Shown in pieces: positions 18,034 through 24,396 of a stretch of 24,396 nucleotides of DNA. Each line of letters begins with the position of its first letter. Position 1 is the first letter of the stretch. The DNA is from a virus (Duplodnaviria > Caudoviricetes): the IMG/VR virus record IMGVR_UViG_3300025018_002266, positions 1 to 24,396 of that record. The stretch is one strand, 5' to 3'. The position numbers and the translations under genes are program-made. The notes below the pieces were generated by a model that was not told the DNA's origin, did no database searches, and was given only the letters and a program-made list of their open reading frames with translations.

Positions 18034-18698
18034 GCCTTCACACCCTTCGGCTGCCCGTCTCGATCCAGCGTCTTCTTGAACGCAATGCCGCCCGCAACGT
18101 GGAAGACAACGATGCCCTCCGGTGACATGAACCCCGGGGACGCGATCGAGCCCGACGCCCCCAGGGAATCGAGAGCATGTTGCGCCTGCACCGTCGAAAA
18201 CTCACCCTGGTACAGCACCGGAACGACACTCACACACGCCGGAGCCTCAACCGTCGTCTTCGGAGGCGCACGTGGGTCCGGTGATGCAAAGACCCGCGGC
18301 GTTTCACCATGTGAATGCCAGCGCATGGTGTTGAACAGACTCCACCGCTTCTCTCCCTTGGCGAGACCGTAGCCGCGCTGGATGCCGGAGCCCCACCACT
18401 CACCGAAGTGGCGGCCCGGCCCGAGAAGGGTGATCTCTTCAGCATGATCGAGTACCCATGCGGCAAAGCCGAAGTTATCGTCCGCTGGGGTGATCCAGCG
18501 GTTGCGCGAACCCGCGTAGATGGTGAACTCGGTGCCGACGACGGTAGGTTCTGCCCCGCTGACGGCGGCCTGATCGGCAGGCACGATCATCACCTGCGCG
18601 TTCGTGCCGTCGATCTTCTCCGTGATGAGCGCCTCACGCGACAGGCGTGTGATCTTCGGGAATGGCCGGAAGTCCACGCTCATGGTGTCGTCACTCAT
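18030..18698 (-). CDS. RNA ligase-like nucleotidyltransferase (Rnl2-type adenylation domain)
   Basis: Motif I TEKIDGTNA, GSRNR, FGEWWG, motif IV EGIVV, motif V FKK; GGAGG RBS before ATG 18698. Confidence 0.85.
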   Translation of the reverse strand: MSDDTMSVDFRPFPKITRLSREALITEKIDGTNAQVMIVPADQAAVSGAEPTVVGTEFTIYAGSRNRWITPADDNFGFAAWVLDHAEEITLLGPGRHFGEWWGSGIQRGYGLAKGEKRWSLFNTMRWHSHGETPRVFASPDPRAPPKTTVEAPACVSVVPVLYQGEFSTVQAQHALDSLGASGSIASPGFMSPEGIVVFHVAGGIAFKKTLDRDGQPKGVKA

Positions 18699-18930
18699 CG
18701 TCATCCTCCGCGCGAATGTCATGGAACGCCTCAAGGTATCCCTCGCACCAAGCATGGGAATTCATCGGCGTCATCGTGTGTGCTACCCACTCCTCGTCAT
18801 CGTCCGGGTTCGCCTCATCGTGATACTGACCGATCGCATCCGCCTCGTCACGAGCAATGCAAATGAACTCGATGTCGTTCTCACCCGGTGCGGTGACAGC
18901 GAATAGTGCAAACTGATCGGTGTGAGTCAA
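18691..18930 (-). CDS. Small acidic hypothetical protein
   Basis: GGAG RBS, TTG start, and overlap with the ligase start. Confidence 0.55.
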   Translation of the reverse strand: MTHTDQFALFAVTAPGENDIEFICIARDEADAIGQYHDEANPDDDEEWVAHTMTPMNSHAWCEGYLEAFHDIRAEDDDE

Positions 18931-18966
18931 TGGTATCTCCCCGTGAAAGGGTCAGGCGACGGGCAC

Positions 18967-19644
18967 TTATTCCATACGTGGCACACGCTCCTGAATCAGA
19001 TCGGCCAGCACATGCAGGCGATCGTAGAGATCCGGGTCGTCGGCAAGCAGCCCGTTCGTGACCGCATGGATGAGCCGATTCGCATCAGACATATACGACA
19101 CGCCGGAACGCACCAAGCCAGCGGCATCGACCTGCTGTGGGGTGAGTGTCTGTCCGGCAAGGTGATGGATCGGGCGCCGAAGAAGTACGGTGTTCCCCTT
19201 GGAATCAAACGCGGTCTTACGCTCGATCAGTGCTGCCAGACGTGCATTGGTCAGGCCCACCAATCCAGCGATCCGCGAATCGTCCCAGCCCTCCTCACGG
19301 AGGAGCATGGTGGCACGGTGGATGTCGGCGGCACAGAGATCCTTGCTCCCACGTCCCACATTGGTCCGAATCGCGTCAGCCTTGATTTCACCCTCGCTCT
19401 TGTAGGTACGGTACTCGACAGCAACAACTGCATCGGGACCGAACAGGCGAATGAGCGCACGACGCCGGTGAACGCCATCAACAATGCGCTTGGTGGACCG
19501 ATCCACAAGGATTGGCGGAATGGTCGCACCAGCCTCGATGGCGTCCTTGATCTCGGTGACGTGGCCATCGTAGACCGTGTTCCGCGGGTAGATGCTGAAA
19601 TCTTCAATCAGCTTCGATGCCCAAACCTGAACGATTCTGCTCAT
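18967..19644 (-). CDS. ParB/Srx N-terminal-domain protein
   Basis: IPPILVD...IVDGVHRRRA (ParB box II-like GxxRxxA), followed by HTH-like GWDDSRIAGLVGLT; GGAGG RBS. Confidence 0.85.
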   Translation of the reverse strand: MSRIVQVWASKLIEDFSIYPRNTVYDGHVTEIKDAIEAGATIPPILVDRSTKRIVDGVHRRRALIRLFGPDAVVAVEYRTYKSEGEIKADAIRTNVGRGSKDLCAADIHRATMLLREEGWDDSRIAGLVGLTNARLAALIERKTAFDSKGNTVLLRRPIHHLAGQTLTPQQVDAAGLVRSGVSYMSDANRLIHAVTNGLLADDPDLYDRLHVLADLIQERVPRME

Positions 19645-19677
19645 CTTTCAATCCTCCGGTGTAAGAAGTAACATCGA

Positions 19678-20010
19678 GCGAACGCTTCTGGACTTGGGGT
19701 CTCATGCCACTTGGTGCGCTCGTCTCGATTGGATCTCTCTAGGTCGGTGGCTCGCTCTACTTCAATGGGGATCTCGGACGTTCTTGGCACGCTTGCCCTA
19801 CTTGGGGCTCTCATCCTTCGTTGGCACGCTCACGCTGCATGGGTCTCTCGTAGGCATTGGCACGCTACTATCTGTTGGGTCTCTCATAGGCATTGGCACG
19901 CTCGGGGTCGTGGGGTCTCTCCTCAATCGTGGCACGCTTGAACCGGATGGATCTCTCATGCTTCATGGCGTGCTTCATTCGATTGGGTCTCTCCGCGTGC
20001 GTGGCACCAG
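19678..20010 (-). repeat. TIGR-like dual-repeat guide RNA array, about 9 units, 36-nt period
   Basis: Plus-strand TGGCACGCT-like repeat starts at 19712, 19748, 19785, 19822, 19858, 19894, 19930, 19966 and 20002. It alternates with a TGGGTCTCT(C)-like repeat at 19695, 19730, 19766, 19803, 19840, 19876, 19912, 19948 and 19984. Variable segments of about 9 nt separate them. Confidence 0.9.
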
Positions 20011-20035
20011 ACATAGCACACGCAAATCAACTGGT

Positions 20036-21088
20036 TCAGCCCCGGCCATTCCGATCCGCGCCGCCACGGTGGGTGTGCCCGAGCTTGTCCTCCTGATACG
20101 TTCCGATCACCGGCAGCCCCTCGGCTTTCCGCCAGGCGGTCCAGAAATCGGCCAGGAGCATCTTCACGCTCTGGCGCATGGCGTCATTGTGGCGGTGCGC
20201 CGCACCCTCGCCCCAAGGGGCCCAGCTAGGCGTGAACACCGTCCCCGAGGCGTACGGCAGCCCCAGAGCGGCCTTCTGCTCCCAGGTGAGCCGCGCCTTC
20301 TGCATTCGGATCTCGTCCTTCCGGTCACCAGACTCGAGAAACGCCGCCTCCCGGGCTTCGTACTTCGCACGGGCCGCCGCCACCTCCACGGGGTACTTCT
20401 CATTCTCGGTGTTGCCGACGCAGTTCCAGCAGCCGACCTTCTTGCCTGCCTCCTTGGTGACGTAGCCATCCGCCCCCTTCTTGGGCTGCACCGCCTGGCC
20501 ACTCCCACCACAGAGCATGCAGGGCCCCCGCTGATTGCGCCGACGCCGGACGACATCACGATAGATGTCGTGGTACTTGCCATGACAGAGCTTCACGAAG
20601 CTCTGGCCCAGGAGGTACATCCGCGTCCGCAGCCAGGAGTTGTAGCTGTTCCGCTGGCCCTTGGTCCGACGCGGTGATCGGCCCGTCTCCTTATCGAGAC
20701 CCAGCCCTGCGAAAGCCCAGAAGGAAGAAGGGTACCGAGCAAGACGAATGTCGAACTCGGAGAGCATCCCCGCCGCGATCGTCGGGCCCATGCCATCGAC
20801 CGCCATCAACCAGGGCCACATGATGTGTTCGGCACCGATCCGAGCACACTCACGCTTCATCGCATCTTCCAGCCGTTTGGTCTCGGCCAGCAACCGCTTG
20901 TTGGCGGTGATCTCGTGATCGGTCAGGATGACCTTCGGTGCTTTTCCTCCCTTGGGCACACCGCGGTTGCCGTGCCCCTGACGCAGCTTCTGGACGTCGT
21001 AGAAGGTCCGTACCGCGGACCGCAGACGGAAGATGAACGGGTCCATCACCTTCTGTTCCTTCTTCGGGGGTGATTCAATGCTCGACAT
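20036..21088 (-). CDS. tasA: TasA-like Nop-domain RNA-binding protein (IS110 C-terminal-like, no RuvC/HNH) with zinc-finger insertion
   Basis: Coiled coil, then WLMAVDGMGPTIAAGMLSEF..PSSFWAFAGL..YNSWLRT..GKYHDIY..HRHNDAMRQSVKMLLADFW. No DEDD RuvC domain at the N-terminus. Directly followed by the 36-nt dual-repeat array. AGGAG RBS. Confidence 0.8.
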   Translation of the reverse strand: MSSIESPPKKEQKVMDPFIFRLRSAVRTFYDVQKLRQGHGNRGVPKGGKAPKVILTDHEITANKRLLAETKRLEDAMKRECARIGAEHIMWPWLMAVDGMGPTIAAGMLSEFDIRLARYPSSFWAFAGLGLDKETGRSPRRTKGQRNSYNSWLRTRMYLLGQSFVKLCHGKYHDIYRDVVRRRRNQRGPCMLCGGSGQAVQPKKGADGYVTKEAGKKVGCWNCVGNTENEKYPVEVAAARAKYEAREAAFLESGDRKDEIRMQKARLTWEQKAALGLPYASGTVFTPSWAPWGEGAAHRHNDAMRQSVKMLLADFWTAWRKAEGLPVIGTYQEDKLGHTHRGGADRNGRG

Positions 21089-21091
21089 GGG

Positions 21092-21362
21092 GATCTCCTA
21101 CTTTCCCGGTCTGGATCACCAGCAGCGTGCCAATGATCATCAGCGGTACATACGCTCGTCAGGATGGATCCTGCTCTTGATAATCAGCAAGAATTGATCG
21201 GTAGCACCCTGTAGATCAGGCCATCCTTCTGGATCCTGCGGGATCAAATGACAGCATTGATGACCTGTAGCAGGATCCAGTGGCTATTGATGCCGATCTA
21301 GAGGAGCCCGCTGCTGATCAATGCAGGATCTACAGCGGTAGCTGTTGATACCCATGCTGATC
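21092..21362. other. GATC-dense, phased repeat region; candidate replication origin or regulatory region
   Basis: 13 GATC sites in about 270 bp, repeated GCAGGATC and TGCTGATCAA motifs in both orientations, non-coding, located at the strand switch. Confidence 0.5.
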
Positions 21363-21599
21363 AAGCCAATTCATGCAGGATTAGGATGCTTATCAGCAGC
21401 TTTTCTACTTCAAGCATCAACCGTGGTGAGACCCCAACCCAGCGCAATCAAGTAAATCATGAGATAAACTTGATCGTCTGGGTCAGAGTAGCGGCAGGCG
21501 CATCAACACGCGGAGCCGACCCCGAGCCGTCGTTTCACCATTTACTCCCGGGAAGAGCCACTACTCGACGGTCTAGAGTGCATCGAATCGCTCCGATGG

Positions 21600-21992
21600 C
21601 CTTGATTAGGTCTTCAACTGATCAAGGGCTTATATGCCCCGGTAATGTGTTGGGGCACCCGTAGCCTCTGTGACACGCCGTCCGGCGCTGCCACGGGATC
21701 CGCTTTGGTGTTTCCCGGAGGTACTCAACGGGGGGATCCAGGCTGGGCCATGTTCACGCGGGGCTCGCGTCCCCTTGCTGTTCGGTGTTCCCCAGACATG
21801 GCCATGAACCGGGGCCTGCTTGTCCTGCGCGTTCCCGCCGCGCTTGAAGGTTAGGACGTCACCTCCTACTTCTCGATCATGTTCCGGACGGTACTCCCTA
21901 CTTCTCGAGCTGGGCTGGAGCGGGGGCGGTGTCGAAGTAGGAAAACACCGCCCCACTGGCGTCCAGACCAGTTCAAGCCCTTGCGGGCTCGA
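21600..21992 (+). ncRNA. Candidate structured non-coding RNA
   Basis: Several stems, some with G-U pairs that favour the plus strand: 21600-21627, 21746-21753/21796-21803, 21907-21974 and 21976-21989. No convincing CDS in the region. Confidence 0.35.
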
Positions 21993-22306
21993 CGTGGGGA
22001 GGATACGCGCATGGAATGGTCACGTCAAGCGCCAACGTTTGCGCGTGCGCCGACTTTTTCGTCAGGACGTCCCAGCGCACGGAACACATGGCTGCGTGGC
22101 GCACAGGCGGTGTCAGGTGGTCGCTGCGGCTTTCGCAACCACTTGCTCAGCCAACTCGATCTCCTGGATCTCGTGGCAACAGCAGATCCCGACGCTGTGG
22201 TCCCGGAGTGGCTCCCGATCGCCTTTCCGTATTTTCTGCATCCAGGAAGAGCTTTCGATCGTATCTTCAGGTGTGACGTGTGTATTCCACACGCAAGGAG
22301 GCGCTC

Positions 22307-22549
22307 ATGCCGATCACCGAAGCTCCGATCAAGAACCGTACCCTCTGGCGGGGTGTGCCCCCGACACACTGCGATCTCTGCTGTGGATTCCTCGGCGGTG
22401 AGGTCTTCATCGACGGCAAGACCCAGATGGGCCCCTGGGCCAAGCTCTGCTTCGTCTGCTGGATCGACCATGGCGTCGGCTGTGGCACCGGCAAGGGGCA
22501 GATCTACGAGAAGATCGGGTCGAACGTGTGGGCAAAGGTGACCGGTTGA
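22307..22549 (+). CDS. Small zinc-binding phage protein
   Basis: AAGGAGG RBS; CDLC...DGKT..GPWA.LCFVC..HG.G.G.G.GQ.Y. Confidence 0.75.
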   Translation: MPITEAPIKNRTLWRGVPPTHCDLCCGFLGGEVFIDGKTQMGPWAKLCFVCWIDHGVGCGTGKGQIYEKIGSNVWAKVTG

Positions 22550-22568
22550 TCCGTATCGGCCCTGTGCC

Positions 22569-22952
22569 ATGCGCATCGCAATCGTCGGCAGCCGGAAGTG
22601 GTCCTACAAGCTGAATCAGCTTGAGGACGCCATCCAGCACCTGATCGATGCAATTCAGTCTGCAGATCCCGATGCCATCGTTGTCTCGGGGGGAGCCGTA
22701 GGCGCGGACACCGTCGCCGAGCAGACCGCACGCGCCGCGGGCCTGGGCGTCCTGATCTTCCCTGCGCAGTGGGATCGGCACGGCAAGTCCGCTGGGTTCA
22801 TCCGCAACCGCCGGATCGTCGAACACGCTGACCGTGTTGTCGCCTACTGGAATGGGACCAGCCGCGGGGCGAAGAACACGATCGATCTGGCCGTGAAAGC
22901 CAAGAAGCCGGTCATGATCTACTACCCTGACGGACGACGGGAAAGGCGCTAG
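22569..22952 (+). CDS. SLOG-superfamily protein (DprA/YspA-like nucleotide-binding fold)
   Basis: IAIVGSR, VVSGGAVGAD, GKSAGFIRNRRIV and WNGTSRGAKNTI. Confidence 0.85.
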   Translation: MRIAIVGSRKWSYKLNQLEDAIQHLIDAIQSADPDAIVVSGGAVGADTVAEQTARAAGLGVLIFPAQWDRHGKSAGFIRNRRIVEHADRVVAYWNGTSRGAKNTIDLAVKAKKPVMIYYPDGRRERR

Positions 22953-22954
22953 AT

Positions 22955-23686
22955 ATGGCCGTCGAGGAACTTCGTGGCTGTGGGACGAGACGCGTAGGCG
23001 GGACGTATATCGTATCCGACCCAGGGGGATCGGACTGCGAGCGCATGCCGCTGCCCCTGGTCGCCTGCTCCCACTGTGGAGAAGGGATCAAACAGAACCG
23101 TGGGTTCCGTTGGGTGCCCTACGAGCGGATCTTCGACGGGGACCCAAGCAAGGCGAAGCCCTGCGGAATGGGGATCAAAGGACACTGCCGGACGTGTCCG
23201 GTTTGCACGCCGTCGAAGCTGGCCAAAGGATCCCCACTTGGCCTGGTTGGCATCCTCTGGATCGGCGCCCGGTACTACCCCACGCCTGAGGACTTCCTGG
23301 AGGAGGCCAGCAGGCTGGGCGTGTCGCGCCGTGTGGCGGCCTGGCCGAAGGGCTTGACCCCTGGTACCTCCTGGGTCGCAATGGCGCACCCAGCCGCACA
23401 GCGTGGCCCGGAAGGCGAACCCCTGCCGGGCATCGTCCACGTCTTCCGCCCGGCGCGCATGGAGCTGATCGTCACACCGTCCATCCGCTCGGAGGATTGG
23501 GTGCAGCGCGCGGTGAAGCAAGGGGCCACACTGATCGAGGTGCCCGACAACGATCCCGATCACGCCCCGACCGGCAAGCGCGTATCCCCCCGACGCAAGA
23601 CGATTCAGCGGCTGGAGAGACGGGCACCCCCGCCACCGAAGTTCGGCCTGCTACGTACCCCGATCGAAGAAGGGAACACACCATGA
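22955..23686 (+). CDS. Cys-rich hypothetical phage protein
   Basis: RGCG.R..GG.Y start, CSHC and CRTCPVC, LLWIG-like..YPTPEDF..EA..LGVSRR; 2 bp after the upstream stop. Confidence 0.75.
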   Translation: MAVEELRGCGTRRVGGTYIVSDPGGSDCERMPLPLVACSHCGEGIKQNRGFRWVPYERIFDGDPSKAKPCGMGIKGHCRTCPVCTPSKLAKGSPLGLVGILWIGARYYPTPEDFLEEASRLGVSRRVAAWPKGLTPGTSWVAMAHPAAQRGPEGEPLPGIVHVFRPARMELIVTPSIRSEDWVQRAVKQGATLIEVPDNDPDHAPTGKRVSPRRKTIQRLERRAPPPPKFGLLRTPIEEGNTP

Positions 23687-24099
23687 GTAACGATTGGGAC
23701 GGTGTCCTCTTTCGGCACAGCACAGATGCACGAATTTCACTCGGCTGGAAGCTGATCGAGGAGGACAACTGCCCTGCGTTGATCTTCGCATGCGCTGTCT
23801 GTTCCTTCGCGGATCGCAATCGGTATTCGAAGCGCCTTGCACGACGGATCATCTCCGGAAGGATTCGGGCACACGCCCGAGGGGGAAGTACACCTCGTTC
23901 CGTGGTGTTCGTCTTCCCAGACGAGGCCACGAGGGACCATGCGATCAGACGCATGATCGGTGTGTTTGACGAGATGACACGAAGCAACCTACATTGGATA
24001 CACGCAAACGTACGCAGCCGCGTGGAGCTTCACTCCTGGATCATCGTGGCGCTGGGACGGCAGGCGTGGGCTGAAAGCCCTACCCCTTCCGGTTCCTGA
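23683..24099 (+). CDS. Hypothetical protein
   Basis: ATGA overlap with the upstream gene places the start at 23683. Confidence 0.6.
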   Translation: MSNDWDGVLFRHSTDARISLGWKLIEEDNCPALIFACAVCSFADRNRYSKRLARRIISGRIRAHARGGSTPRSVVFVFPDEATRDHAIRRMIGVFDEMTRSNLHWIHANVRSRVELHSWIIVALGRQAWAESPTPSGS

Positions 24100-24394
24100 T
24101 CTCGGCTTCCAGTGACGTGATCCGGCCGCGAAGCTGCGCGTCCCGTGCGTCCCGTGCGGACGCCTCGCGCCCTGCTTCAGCCCGCGCATTCTGCATGGCC
24201 GCGCGTAGGTTCAGCTCCACCTGCTCCTGTGCTGCGCGTACGTCGGCCAGGGAGCGGCTCAGTGCGGCGATCCGGTCCTCCTTGGCTACCGCTGCCCTGG
24301 ACGCCTCAACGGCCTCCATGCGTGCCGTAGCGAGCGTTGTGCGTGTGGCCTGGTGCGCTTCGCGCTCCTCCTCCAGGTCGGACCGGACGTTGGC
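24080..24394 (-). CDS. Coiled-coil protein, C-terminal part (start lies beyond the right edge)
   Basis: Frame stays open upstream of 24319 to the window end (ANVRSDLEEEREAHQATR...); Ala/Glu/Arg heptad composition. Confidence 0.6.
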   Translation of the reverse strand, partial: ANVRSDLEEEREAHQATRTTLATARMEAVEASRAAVAKEDRIAALSRSLADVRAAQEQVELNLRAAMQNARAEAGREASARDARDAQLRGRITSLEAEIRNRKG

Positions 24395-24396
24395 CA

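Noticed and set aside
135-19671. Numerous long plus-strand ORFs (e.g. 995-1744, 9751-10950, 12310-13041, 17455-18372, 18922-19671)
   Set aside because: These are antisense shadows of well-supported minus-strand genes in GC-rich DNA, with no recognisable motifs.
19678-20010. CRISPR array
   Set aside because: Repeats and spacers are only about 9 nt, two different repeats alternate, and no cas genes are present; this fits TIGR, not CRISPR.
19694-20677. 327-aa plus-strand ORF with GSL/GTL 12-aa periodicity
   Set aside because: It is antisense to tasA, has a TTG start without a clear RBS, and its periodicity is a by-product of the 36-nt array.
20036-21088. Active IS110 transposase / insertion sequence
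   Set aside because: No N-terminal DEDD RuvC domain and no evident catalytic serine loop. The gene is intact with a good RBS and is followed by a guide-like array.
26-21413. Self-targeting by array spacers (9-mer matches noticed near 26, 12797, 14591 and 21405)
   Set aside because: Only single 9-mers match and the partner spacer is not adjacent. A few such hits are expected by chance in 24 kb. The search was by eye and not exhaustive.
21089-22306. tRNA genes in the long intergenic region
   Set aside because: No cloverleaf with recognisable T-loop and D-loop consensus was found by eye; tRNAscan-SE or ARAGORN would settle it.
21386-22576. ORFs in the strand-switch region (21386-21664, 21630-21956, 21820-22401, 21879-22541, 22025-22576)
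   Set aside because: They overlap one another, have Arg/Pro/Ser-rich non-protein-like composition and no convincing RBS; 22307-22549 is the credible gene.

Overview
GC-rich segment of what looks like a large tailed-phage (or prophage) genome. Bases 1-21088 are an almost continuous minus-strand block for replication and recombination. It holds a RecA/UvsX-like recombinase (truncated by the window edge), a gp32-like SSB, a UvsY-like mediator, a DnaX-like clamp loader and two DNA methyltransferases. It continues with a family A DNA polymerase carrying an N-terminal UDG domain, a beta-clamp-like protein, a sigma-like factor, primase, an SNF2 helicase with a class 3 intein, a DnaB-like helicase, small ORFs and an RNA ligase. 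The most notable locus is at 18967-21088. A nuclease-less Nop/IS110-C-terminal-domain protein with a CxxC...CxxC insertion is followed by a 36-nt-period dual-repeat array (AGCGTGCCA-N9-AGAGACCCA-N9, about 9 units) and then a ParB-like gene. This matches the architecture of a TIGR-TasA RNA-guided system, here coupled to ParB. A 1.2-kb non-coding strand-switch region follows, with a helically phased GATC cluster (origin candidate) and a strongly base-paired segment (ncRNA candidate). Four plus-strand genes and one truncated minus-strand gene end the window. All calls come from motif reading by eye; no database searches were run.
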